Positions 1-11,882 of a stretch of DNA of 64,000 bases are shown here, in pieces. Under the pieces are notes generated by a model, which saw only the letters and a program-made list of their open reading frames with translations, was not told the DNA's origin and made no database searches. The position numbers and the translations under genes are program-made. Source of the stretch: Macrostomum lignano. Lineage: Eukaryota. Position 1 is the first letter of the stretch. Each line of letters begins with the position of its first letter. The stretch covers positions 620,001 to 684,000 of the forward strand of contig NIVC01000068.1 of the NCBI GenBank assembly GCA_002269645.1. Reading direction: 5' to 3'.

Positions 1-601
1 GTATCCCTCATTTCTGTCCTGTTGTCGGGAGAGTACGGGAATGGCTGATGGACTGCGTGGGCCGGATAGAAGCCACACGAAGTTAAGGAATATTAAGCTA
101 GTGTTCGGGCCTGAGGACGGGGCTCTATTTGGAGGAGGGACACATTAGACCGCCAGCCAATCGCAGGGCGAACGAGGGGCGCACTGGGACCGCAGCCAGC
201 CAAAACCGGCTGGCCCATACAGACAGTGGGGTGGGTGCAGTTGGGGGTCTGACGCAGACAGAATGGGGGGGGGGTTGACGCAAGCACGCGGGCCGGAGGG
301 GTAGGAGTGCAGTGCCGGGCACACTTGACCGAGAGTCAGAGATTGCTTATCGGTGCAAATGTACCCGAACACAACACAATATAAACAGAATGGTTATCTT
401 CAAGAAACGAAAAAACAAAAATAATTTCAGACTTTATCCTGAACTGCCAGTCACCTTCGGCGAAATTAACTGGAGAAAAAAGATTACCATACTCGGTGAT
501 TTATTAAAAAGGATTAGCGACGCGAAGTAAGTGTGTAGCTTAACTTTTAGATTAAAAAGTCTATATTAAAGCAAATAATAACTCTTGAAAAAAAATTGCA
601 G

Positions 602-3600
602 GGGCCCAATGCAAAGCACCCTTCACTTTCCAATGGCAAGCCGCAGTGACTGCATAAACGACTTTATAGTGAAGAAATTCATCGAGCACTGCGGATGCCT
701 TCCTTCCGGTCTACCTGTGCAATTGAAACACTTTGACAATCACACGTACTGTTTCAATTTGACTCACTCGCAGCAGCTGTTGGCAATCGAGTCCTGCTAC
801 CAAGCCCAAGTGGCAAGCATGCCGCAGTACGAGACAGAGGCGCATCGATCCTGCTTGCCCCAGTGCGAGACCCAGCGTTATTCAATTCGGCAATCCTCGC
901 ATCCGTGGCCTAATTTGCGCCGGGAGACTGCCGTAAAGTTTCTCAAGGTTCTGGCGGAGTTGCACGGCTACCCGGATGAGATGCGATCCACATGGGGCGA
1001 GTCGGCGCTCTACTTCATGTACGAACGGGCCGCTCAGTTGGTTGACCAGAAAAGCTCAGAAAAGTCGGCAGAAGATTGGATTAATTTCTCTCGCCAACTG
1101 GAAGCTTTGCAAGACCAACTGGCCATGGTTAGCGTGCAGGGCAGGCAACCGTTTGGTGAAGAAACTTTCGAGGAAGAGGCCTATCCAACCAAGAACTTGC
1201 TGGCGGATGTTGGAGGTTTGCAGTTTCTTCCTTCTGATTTGTTTATGCATGCAATTGACGCCGTTTAATTCACATTCCATGGTTAGAATGTCCGAGGACT
1301 TTTTAACGATGAACTTCTATGATGGGTAAAAATGAATCGGTGGTGTGGGGATAGAGCCCCCACTGAGGGTGTTGAGGCGAAGCCCCCACATCCCCCACAT
1401 GTTAACTATAGACTATTAACAGTAGAAAGACCACTCTATTTTTCCCCATGGGGAAAGACCATGGGGTGTATTACAAATACACACAACCAATTTCACCATA
1501 GCTCGCAAACCGAATAACCGATTTTCGTAAAAGTCCTCTATTTGAATCAAAATTTCCCCCTCTTTCTAACGAATTAACTTTCAAAGTCATCCGACGTCAG
1601 CATCGTCGAGATATTCAACGATTCTTGTCGAAGACACTGGTGGCAAGGACAACCAACACTACACTGTATAAACCTTTATGGTGAATCCATATTGGCTCAA
1701 TAATCTGGGTCCATCTGTCGGAGAGGCCTTTCTTCTCAGCATCCCAGGAACTAGGGTCCCCTTCATCACCGTCTGGAGCATCGGCGGCGACCGTCAGGAC
1801 CTTCAACAAAAGCACCCGATCGGCATCGCAGAGACGGCTGCGTTCCCAAAACTGAAATGGAAGAATCCTCTTCTGCATGCAGCATTCAGTCAGTAGACAT
1901 AATCGGTGAATGAAATGGACGACGGCGACCCTCTAGGTTGACCTGTAGACATACAAGCGACCTTCGGGACCTTCAACGGAGTGCCACCACGCGGCCCCAA
2001 CTAGCTGGCACCCCCAACATCGTGATTTTTCTATCAAGGCACCAAACCAGGCATGTCTGCATATTATACAATGGTCCTGCACCATGTTCAGCATTCAGCT
2101 CTGTCTGGACGACCTTCGGGACCTTCAACGGAGTGCCACCACGCGGCCCCAACTAGCTGGCACCCCCAACATCGTGATTTTTCTATCAAGGCACCAAACC
2201 AGGCATGTCTGCATATTATACAATGCTTTTGCACCGTTTTAAATTGGAGAGTTACAGATTTAACTGGCCCAAAGCGGGCCGAAACGTGATGTTGCTGTCC
2301 ACCATGCATCACGACAGACAATTGCTTCCCAATGGCAAGCCTGTAGCAATAGGCTCGTACTACAATTCTACCAAGAGTGGCACGGACACCTGCAACAGGA
2401 TGTTCCGCACATCCGACTGCAAGCGAAAGTCCGACTCGTGTGAGAAGGCAATCTTCTCCGGCGGCGTACTCAACATAGCAGCTGTGAATGCCGCTGCTAT
2501 CTGGAGACTGGCGCACCCGGAGCTCTGCGCCTCGCCGAACTATCGCAACGAGTCCCAGCGCAAGGCAGCTGCGCAACTTCTGCAACCTCTGATCGAGGAG
2601 CGCTCGCAATCGGCCGCTCTTCTTCAAAATCTGTCCAATCATCACAGGCTGATGTTCCAGCTCGCAGGTTCTCGAATCAACGACGAGCAAATGAAGGAAC
2701 AGGCACGCGAAGCGGCGGCTGTGGTGTCAGTTGGTGGCAGAAAGCGCTGTGCAACATGCGCGAGACAAAAGTCAAAGGATGAGAAGCGTGCCTTGAGTGC
2801 GACAACAAGGAAGTGTTGCATGTGTGACGAAGGAATTTGCCGAAGACACACTGCAATGGAAGAGACAGTGAGTCACCATTACTGCCCACGTTGTGCACCA
2901 ATTTAAATAGTGACAATTGACTCAGCCTTTGTGTCTATGTGTCAGTGTTCAGATCCTTCTGCTTTGAATTTGCTGTACTATCATTTTTGAAATGCCGTAA
3001 TATCATTTTTTGGCATGCTGTAATATCATTTTTGACATGCTGTAATATCATTTTCGACATGCTGTAATATCATTTTTAACATGCTGTAATATCATTTTTG
3101 ACATGCTGTAATATCGTTATTGACATGCTGTAGTATCCTTTTTGACATGCTGTAATATCATTTTTGACAAATTAAATATATTTTATATTTTTCAGTAGCC
3201 AGTTAAATCTGTAACTCTCAATTTAACACGGTGCAAAAGCATTGTATAATATGCAGACATGCCTGGTTTGGTGCCTTGACAGAAAATTCACGATGTTGGG
3301 GGTGCCAGCTAGTTGGGGCCGCGTGGTGGCACTCCGTTGAAGGTCCCGAAGGTCGCTTGTATGTCTACAGGTCAACCTAGAGGGTCGCCGTCGTCCATTT
3401 CATTCACCGATTATGTCTACTGACTGAATGCTGCATGCAGAAGAGGATTCTTCCATTTCAGTTTTGGGAACGCAGCCGTCTCTGCGATGCCGATCGGGTG
3501 CTTTTGTTGTAGGTCCTGACGGTCGCCGCCGATGTCCAGACGGTGATGAAGGGGACCCTAGTTCCTGGGATGCTGAGAACAAAGGCCTTTACGACTGATA

Positions 3601-4726
3601 TGCATAGTTTCCTGAGCCAACGTGGTTTCATGATGAGATTTTGTGAACAGAAAAAATTTGCCAATGTTGGTGGTTTTTGCCACCGGACACCCCGAGGAGA
3701 ATCGTTGAATATCTCGACGATGCCGATTTTTCGTGATTCTCGGAGTTGCTTCATCGGATAGAGTGAAAAATTTTAGCCCGTGTTCTGGATTTTGATGGCA
3801 ATTGGTTGAATATTTTCGGAGATCCAGACAAAAGAAAAATGTGTGTATTTGAAATACACGTCCCATGGTCTTTCTACTATTAACAAAATAAAAGAAATAT
3901 ACAATGTGACCAGTCGCTCGTCTATGGTAAAATGTTTTTACTTATGAGGAGAATCTGCTGTTGACTTTGCACTCCCGAGACAGTTTTCAATTCTCCTCAA
4001 AAGTGAGCTACTTTTTGCCATAGATCACGGACTGGTCACTGAAAAAATTGTAACGCGATTAAGCGTGCAGTAAATTTTCAAATCGTGCTTAAACAGCTCA
4101 TGATCGCAGTGCACTACAGTCATCCAGTGCACTAAGAAGTATATTGCGGCTACAATGCTGCTTAATAGTGGGTTTTTCTTCCTTAAATGTGCATGGCCAT
4201 GAGTGTGTATGGTCAAAACCATTTTTAAGCACACAGATAACCACAGATTCTATATATCTGAGATGTGTCGCTCCAGCATTCTGCTACTGCTACTAGCTAC
4301 CGCTGTTAATTCTTGAGAGTGGAGTGGCCCATCTAGAAGTATATAGGATCCTGTGCTCACCTCAAAACCGACTATTGAACTTCTCATTAAATGATATAAT
4401 ACTCCTCAAAAGTGACAATATTTTTCCGTAAAAAAATAAAGGCTTAAAATGATATAGTTAAATAACCATTAAATCATCTGCTTTAAGGTGCTTTGGGACT
4501 TTGGTCTGGAGTCTCCGTGCTGACCGTGTGCGAACTGGTCGAGCTCTGCATCTACATGGTGGCAGCAGTGAGATACCGAATCGCGCATCCTCAAACATCG
4601 ACAACTGCCGATCCTTACAACGAAGTTGACTCGCCTCTCCGGTCTAGTGGTCACGCAGCAGATAAAGAAGCAGTCAAGATGTTTGCAGCAGAAGGCGGGA
4701 TTTTAAACGCTGATACTGATGTTTGA
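602..4726 (+). CDS. DEG/ENaC (amiloride-sensitive) channel, 3' part; possibly FaNaC-related clade
   Basis: Exon ~602-1215 encodes the Cys-rich thumb (SRSDC...HCGCLP...YCFN...CLPQCET...HPWP) and ends LLADVG-g|gt. Exon 4488-4726 (tttaag|gt gct ttg gga) continues it to give the TM2 motif LLADVGGALGLWSGVSVLTVCELVEL with a G-x-S filter. The 5' exons are not resolved and probably lie upstream of the window. Confidence 0.88.
2205..2906 (+). pseudogene. piggyBac (PGBD4-like) transposase C-terminal fragment
   Basis: RNVMLLSTMH, KPVAIGSYYNSTKSGTD and LNIAAVNA motifs plus a C-terminal Cys-rich domain (RCATC...CCMCDEGICRRH). The N-terminal and first catalytic parts are absent. Confidence 0.85.
2968..3168. 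repeat. 22-bp tandem repeat (ttttgacatgctgtaatatcat), about 9 copies
   Basis: Direct reading of the sequence; lies inside the piggyBac element. Confidence 0.9.
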
Positions 4727-4979
4727 ACTAACTTATCATTAACAAGTCACGTTTTTTACTCAATAAAAAAGGGTTTTATTTTAAAAAATGGTGGGAACTG
4801 AAACTCAAGATTTTTCCTCAACAGCCGTGTGAAAGCTTAGCTAAAAAAACTTAAAGCTTTGCAATTTTTTCTTGCACTGCAGTTGCAAAGGGCTTTATCG
4901 CACCCTATCTGATCGCTTTCTGTATCGAAAAAAATAATTGATTACGCCTGCCCTAATGGGCAGATGTGCAACCGACAGC

Positions 4980-5226
4980 TCAGCCGCAGCTATTGCGCGG
5001 CGCATCTGAAGGCTGCGTACGGCTGTTCAGTCCAAGGACTGGGGGGTCGCCACACACACCCTCAATTACCCCAGCTAATGCTGGCACCCATTTTAAAGCT
5101 GGGTGAACTGAAGCAACGCTGAGTTGTGTCCTGCTCAGTGACACAATTTTTATTGTGGGATCGGGAATCGAACCCCGACCTTCAAGTCGTGGGTCCGACG
5201 CTCCTACCACTGGGCTACAACCCCCG
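4980..5226 (-). mobile_element. tRNA-derived SINE, family B, copy 1
   Basis: Minus strand: A box tagcccagtggt, B box ggttcgattccc, then a non-tRNA body (cttcagttcacccagctttaaaatgggt) shared with 18720-18878. Confidence 0.7.
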
Positions 5227-5941
5227 CTTACAAAGACGCTTATAAATGCACGCTTATGAATCTCGGATGAGAGATACAGTATTTGTTTACAGCAAACATT
5301 ATTTAAAATCATTCATTCTATCTTTCCAGCTCCTAACGTGTATCTGCGATACTCTCTTTCTACATGTACTAATCTTCTTGTTACTCAACACTAGCTGTGA
5401 AGTAAATGCGAAAATATCGATAATTAATTAATTAATCATTTACAAGAAAATTAAAACTCTGTTCTGAATTATCTTCCGTCCTTTCCCGTACCAGTCAGTA
5501 GAAGTGAATTTACAATCCATACACTATCCCTACCCGTGTGATTTTAACAGTCGTGGGGACAACTTTATTTAATCAGCCGATCTGATTATTGATTGACAAT
5601 GCTGTCATAAAATTTACTGGACCGCTCCAAAGCTGTTCAAAAATGCTTTTATCTACATTCACTTCCTTTCAACCGGTTCTAAAATACGAGTACTTGCTCA
5701 TGACGGTACGAAGGCGGTTCATTCCCAATTGGGGACAAAGTGTAAGGCCGCTAATATGCAAGAAAGAAATTTGGCTTTGCACCTTGGAAACACCTGTCAA
5801 TATTTTCTGCTCTCCACTTAATGTTCACACGTCGTAATGCCTCCGGCGCTTCCGGTCCAACTAGCAAGAAAAATAAATTTAGTTCTTATATTGAGTTCTT
5901 TATCTCTAACCCAGCTAGTGCAGTCAGCTACTCGTGCTATA

Positions 5942-7965
5942 ATGAAGCCACGTCAGTTCTACACAGCTTTGTTCCTTCTACTGCTGCTGCTCATCACCGG
6001 GTGGCACATGCAACAAAACAACTTGGTTTTGCCGCCTACGAACTCAGCCTTGTTTAACCGCAGCAAACAGAGTGCTTTAGCTTCAGCAGTGTGCAGGAGT
6101 CGATGCTGCATGACAGCCTTCGAGTCGGTGACCGACGGAGCCGACCGGGTGCCCCGCGTTCGACACATCCTGTGGAAAAGCGAGAACGTGTCGGCTTACT
6201 TTGCCCGCCACTTAAGAAGCTGGGCTCGCATTCAGCTGAGCTGGAAGTACGTTCTGTGGCGCGACCTGGACTTGGAGAAGTTCGTCGCCAAGCACTACAC
6301 TGGGGCGCTGCGCAAGTTCCGGTCGTTGAGGCACAACATCATGCGCATCGACATGATCCGCTACATGATCCTGCACCACGTGAGTTCCATAGCGTCCCAT
6401 TTCATGTATTTGAAAACGTTGCGATTCATGAAGCACACTGAAAAAAACAAGGTATTGTTGCTTGCGTGGCGATAAGTGAAAATCGAAAGCTAAGATTAAT
6501 ACGCTGATAGAATTCGGCACTTTATGTAGTTTCGAACTGACATTTAGATTTTCAGACAACCTAGGTAACATAACCAACTCCCTCTCCCTTCTCTTCCATA
6601 TTCTTTTCTCTCCACTCGTTTCTTTGATCCACAGTCAAGCGCAAGATTAGATATCCGGTGTTTAAGTTAAAAAGTTTTAAACCACTTTTAAGTCCATTTT
6701 CCGGAAGGGTATGAAGTTATAAAATCGAACGAAGGATATATAGAAACAGTTTCCAGGAGTTATTAGGAATTTTCAACAGCAGAACAGTAATCAACCATAA
6801 ACAACAACAGCAGTGCAACCAAACAAAAATTGAAAACATTTACGGGAGAATATAGTCAGCAAATGTACTCCTTAGCTATAGTTGTAGATAGTTCTTGATC
6901 GTTACATTGCAGTCTTGGAAATTGAAGTTGATTACGTTAGCATGACCTGCACGATCTGCGATGTTACCAAGTTCCTTTTCGTCGATAATGACACTGCAAT
7001 TTGCAATTTAGACGTCGGAAGTCCGCTTGTACCCACACAGTGCAGTGAGATTGCCATGACCAGTTCGTTCCATGATCAACTACTTTCTCAGTCGTGTTGC
7101 ACACGTCAAGCCGAGTTAAAGGAGAGACAGAGACTGAACAGTATGAATCTCTTTTATGTCTATGGTCTCTTGTCTTTACCATCTTCTCAAATAAATACTT
7201 GATTGTCTGTGGTTAAATGTGAAGCTCCTCCCCACAACCCTGTCTTTTCTGAGCGAATCGCTATACGAGTACATGACTAAAAAGTCAGAATCAAACATCC
7301 CGGCCTTTCTAGTTCGGAGGCGTGTACGCAGACCTGGACTACACTCTGCTACGGCCTCTCGACCCGTTTCTCAAGTACCCTGCCGTCGTTCCGACCGCGA
7401 CAGAGGCCATCGCGATGATCTACTTCGGCATGACCTGGCCTCCGCCGGTGCTCGGGAACCCGGCCTTCATGATTTCGGAGCCGCGTCACCTGTTCTTCGC
7501 CTACTGCATCTTGCAGCTGGCCGAGAACCCGACCCAGGAGTATTTCGAGTTTGCTGGTCCAGTTGGGCTCACCGGCATGCTTGAGCGGTACGCGACCGAC
7601 TTCCCGCGACTGCGAACCCCAATGGTACCGTGTTCGTGCCCGTCTCTCGCGCCTTCGACCCGTTCGAGAATAACAGCTTTCGGAGTAGCAGCATCGTGCA
7701 CAAGCCTGATTGGATTGAATCTTTGAACCAAAGGTGCATAGCCATCAAATTATCAAAGTACGCGCCGACACCTCTGAAGGAGTACTGCAAGGACGTGTAC
7801 AACATGGACCCGATCACAAACCGTAGCGACATCGCGTACGCCATTCACGACACGAAGAAGCTTCGCACATCATATGATCCGAAAGGATGGTCGCAGTACT
7901 ATGAGCATCCTGTGGACATTCGAAGCATATTTCCAAGGTTGTTGATGGCAGAAGACATTATTTAA
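5942..7965 (+). CDS. GT32 family DXD glycosyltransferase (Gly_transf_sug; SUR1/OCH1/A4GALT-like), type II membrane, with one apparent frameshift
   Basis: Exon 5942-6379 has an N-terminal TM segment, VPRVRHILWKS and RIDMIRYMILHH|gtgagt. Exon 7313-7965 begins tttctag|FGGVYADLD. Adding one base in the C run at ~7603-7605 restores the frame (FPATANPNGTVFVPVSRAFDP) to the stop at 7965. Confidence 0.85.
6885..7110 (-). mobile_element. Crypton/DUF3504 tyrosine-recombinase C-terminal relic in the GT32 intron
   Basis: Minus frame reads TCATRL..*LIMERTGHGNLTALCGYKRTS*...INFNFQDCNVTI, matching the ATRLF...MERTGH.S...Y catalytic tail. In-frame stops are present. Confidence 0.65.
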
Positions 7966-8879
7966 TTTATTTTTTTATTTGAAAGGTTTTCTTGAAGCGA
8001 TCATTTACATCATGTAATCGGGGTTGCTGCTCTCGCTGATCGGTCTGCTGTGAATGGGATGGAGTGACGAATGTCTGCGAGTTACCATCAGCAACTGCGA
8101 AATCATTCGTCGGTAATCTAATAATATCTCATTCCTGTTTGCAAAAATATATGCCTCCAACTACTAGACGGACTGACTGTACGAGTAATGCGATTGAGCC
8201 TTTTCTGAATCAGGATGCTGCATACAGGTCAACGAATACTTCACAAGCGCACAAGGGACTCGATCTACTATGAATAGCATCGTTCAAAATCAAACTTGAG
8301 AGATTTCATTGATATTTTTATAGAAAGGCAGGAAGGAATTATTTTTTAAATAAAGTAAGAATGGCGTGGTGACTGTAGATAGGGTGACAAGCGATTGTGG
8401 ACTTTCCTGTGGTGCACTAATATGCTCAATCATGTCGATTTATAAAGAAAACAAAGGCAGTTTTACACTATTTTCTCTTTGTTCTCTCGCGTCTGAACCA
8501 ATGAGCGAAAGTAGCATGATTGCCATCTGCATTAAATTTTGAAGCTTGGTCATATGATGACCTTTAACGTATTATTTTAAACTTTGTGCCTAACTTCTAG
8601 TTTGCACTTGGAGATTTTAGTTCTTGTTCTTGTTGTACACTCGTACATAGACTAATATGTAGTCCATAGTACATGAATGCCTAGTCAATCTCTCGATAGC
8701 AAAACTGCATGGGCTGCACATCACTGCACAGTACTTTGCCCGCACATTGTCCACAGAAACCTCTTCTCAGCACAGTTTTCCCCGTTTCCCGTGTACGCAC
8801 AGGCCTAGACGCAAAGCAGAATTCAGTCTCTCTGGGAGCTACACTTCCAGTGTACAGAGACGACTTCTTCGAATTTTTT

Positions 8880-9400
8880 GTTCAGATATGGGCGTAAAGT
8901 TAAAAAATTATGGCAATACCTACTGGCTTGTAAATGAATATCTGGGCTTGGAACCTGCCCAGGGCACCGATTTGGTCGTAGTCTAGACATGAGCAGAAAA
9001 CCAGCCGACAGTGCATCGCAATCGAAAGCGACTCGATCGAATTGAAGCCTAAAACACGCGCGGCCTTGTCAACTGGGTGCGTAAATATTGATGAGCTGTA
9101 ACGCATCATATTTAGTCCATACGAGCGTACGTACTCAGCAACAGGGTCCGAGCGTATATACAGTGACGCGAACCTCGCCAAGAGATGCTGCAGCAGCATG
9201 TGCAGTGCACAGACAGCATTCCGCATCGGTTCATGTTTGGGCCGGCATCTCGACCACTCCATTCAAAGACGGACCTACTGTCTTACGGTCACTTTGCCTA
9301 ATTTATAAATTTTCCTCCGAGGATGCGCGGGTGGCCTGCTCTGCAGGCCATAGCTCATGGTCTACGGCTTGGGAATCATTTCGATGCTATTTCGAAAAAA
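8880..9400 (+). mobile_element. degenerate Tc1-like transposase relic
   Basis: PTVHRNRKRLD (HTH2-like) and HSASVHVWAGIS motifs; many stops and frameshifts. Confidence 0.4.
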
Positions 9401-9674
9401 AGTCTGCATAACCGTAGCTATGGCGACTTTGGCCTGCTGAGAGCGGGCCATGACTATTATCTATACAGAAAACATTTGTAGATCACGGTCAATGAGTGTC
9501 TCTATCTGATGTAGTCTTTTTTTAATAAAAAACGATAAAAATTGTTATAACGTATAAATAATGTTTCACAGCTAAACAGCAACAATTACATAACCTTTTT
9601 AAAAGCATATGGAATATCGTTTAAGTCAATTAATATGAGCTGCTTTTGGCTTTCAAAACTAAAAGCTAATTCAT

Positions 9675-10100
9675 TTATATACCTGTGCGGCATGCCATTC
9701 GACAAAACAGGGGCTGCTCACAGTCCAGGGTAGCCTTTACATGAGCCACAGCAGAAGACGGTTTACTTGGCCTGGCCTTTATGTAGCACTGCCTGCACCG
9801 CTTTGTTGGTCGGGCTTGCGCTTCGGTGGCTTCAATGCGCTTCAGCGATTGCTGTTGTTGAGCCACTGCTGGCTGCTGCTGCGCCCAAGCAGCTCGTTTA
9901 CGACCTGGTCCCGAGGAGTCGATAAAGTTATTGATAATGGTTTTTAAAAACTTCAGAAACTTGAGTGTACCTCCGCACGCAGGATTGGTACACAACCCAG
10001 CCGTTTCTGGCCAGCACAGGAAAAGGTGCGCGCCGAGCTTTTTAGGCCACTTCTGAGTCAGCCGGCATGGGCTGTACATGTATGGCTGCAAAGCTGACTT
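9675..10100 (-). mobile_element. piggyBac transposase C-terminal relic
   Basis: RLTQKWPKKLGAHLF...FLKFLKTII...PTKRCRQCY...CEQPLFC resembles the PGBD tail and Cys-rich domain. Confidence 0.6.
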
Positions 10101-10281
10101 TAATAATGTAGCTTCAAGCTTTTTTGATTTGTTGAATCCCACAATTTTACTTTTTGTCATTCATACCCACCCACCCGGCCATCAATCCAACTTTGTTTTT
10201 TTCTTTCATGTTTATCCTTTATTGCTACGAGCATAGTATAAGCTAATCCGCTTGCTATCGCAGGCTACGGTGGTATCAAAT

Positions 10282-10869
10282 ATGCTAAAATTGTCCACAA
10301 GCTCGCTGGTGAATAGAATCCCAACCACCCTTCCACTCTTTCATGCCACCGACATCCGACCGAAAGACTCGAAAAAGTGTCTCATAGCGTTATCCCTACT
10401 TTCGATTATGTCACTTACTGGCAGCTGGTTCGTCTGGAGAAATAACGCTCGGTCTAGACTGAAAGTTAGGAAATCTATCAAGTACAATTTCTTGAAAAAC
10501 GCATTGAGTGCACTCAATAACTGCAGTTCGGCATCAAAGATAATCAGCCCGACCGACTTTGCAAGATGCTTCGGAAGCGTCTGCCAAGGCCATCAGTGCA
10601 TGACGGCTTTTGAGTCGGTGACCGACGGAGCCGACCGGGTGCCCCGCGTTCGACACATCCTGTGGAAAAGCGAGAACGTGTCGGCCTACTTTGCCCGCCA
10701 CTTGAGAAGCTGGGCTCGCATTCAGCTGAGCTGGAAGTACGTTCTGTGGCGCGACCTGGACTTGGAGAAGTTCGTCGCCAAGCACTACACTGGGGCGCTG
10801 CGCAAGTTCCGGTCGTTGAGGCACAACATCATGCGCATCGACATGATCCGATACATGATCCTGCACCAC
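10282..10869 (+). CDS. second GT32 glycosyltransferase first exon (paralog); downstream DXD exon not found in the window
   Basis: It has a distinct TM/stem N-terminus. 10597-10882 matches 6107-6392 (6 differences in 286 bp), including the gtgagttccatag donor. Confidence 0.75.
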
Positions 10870-11369
10870 GTGAGTTCCATAGAGTCTTCATTAATGAATC
10901 AAATAATTTGCAACTCGTGAAGTATATCAAAAGCAAAACGCTGGTTAGAGTTTTTTGCTTGGTGATTAATAGAATAGAAAGCTGAGAATCAACACTAAGG
11001 TTTCGCTTTGCTTGGCAATCCGAAATGCATCTTCGGGTTTCTTTTGCAACTAGAGAATAAAAAAGTGCAATTTAATAACCAGTATATTTATTAGGCTGCC
11101 GCAATTTGTTGGCTGTAGGCAGACTTTTACTAGACGCAGAAAATGCATTATGTTATTAGAATGTCTAGAGCGCAGACAACACAGAAATCGTGACATTCGC
11201 CACTTTGCATACACGCTGTGCTAGACTAGGAGACTGCTTTTCAATTTTTATTTAAAGGGCTTTAATGAGATGGTGCGTTTGAAGCCGGATTTTCAAAGAT
11301 CTTCAAGCACTAGCTAATCGGATTTGACAGCGAAGTTAAATTTAAACCCCAGTGTGACTCAGTCCAGTG

Positions 11370-11620
11370 TCAATGGTGTGTATCGCATTTTTTTAATGGC
11401 CGGGCCCAGAGATGCTTTTTCTCGTGCCAGTCTCGGAAGATTTGGATTGCCCATTCTGCTTTCCTTTTTGTTGTCGAGGGCGAGCTCTCCTCAATCCCTC
11501 GCTGAACGTCAGCTTCTGTAAGTGTCTGGAATCGTCCCTTATTTTCACTGGAGCGCGCCAACTGTGACCCATTTTCTGTTTGTATCAGAGAGTCCAGTAG
11601 ATCCGGAGAAATCTCCATAT
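11370..11620 (-). mobile_element. Crypton/DUF3504-associated N-terminal relic
   Basis: RFQTLTEADVQRGIEESSPSTTKRKAEWAIQIFRDW matches the RF..L...DL......NTK..T.WA..IF.DW region found upstream of DUF3504 recombinases. Confidence 0.55.
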
Positions 11621-11882
11621 CTGGGATCTCAAAATCGCCAGGATCGGAAGGTTAACCGTCTTTCATGTCGAATTGGACTCGCCAGAGAGTAAGATTGCGG
11701 ATTGATTAGCTGCTTGAGATTTGTGATCGCCTGGCTGAGCCACACTTAGGTTCAAATCTAATAACACCCCCAGATTTGCTGTCTATGGCGTAAAGAATAG
11801 ACTGCGCTTTTAGGCCGAGGCGCATCCTCAACCAGAAACAAATCTGGGGGGGTTTCTTACTCGTACTCAACTATAAAACAAA

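Larger units (their letters stand above)
1420..3879. mobile_element. piggyBac-derived non-autonomous fold-back element in the ENaC intron
   Basis: TTAA at 1416-1419 and 3880-3883 flank the inverted termini (c/t)AGTAGAAAGACC. Internal arms ~1730-2266 and ~3196-3590 are reverse complements. Confidence 0.85.

Noticed and set aside
1-530. Possible upstream ENaC exon (PGTLDRESEIAYR, 313-389)
   Set aside because: Weak resemblance only; splice phase could not be verified.
5155-5226. tRNA genes here and at 18800-18878, 25017-25081, 41895-41990 and 63080-63160
   Set aside because: A/B boxes are present, but I could not fold a complete cloverleaf with an acceptor stem; most continue into SINE bodies.
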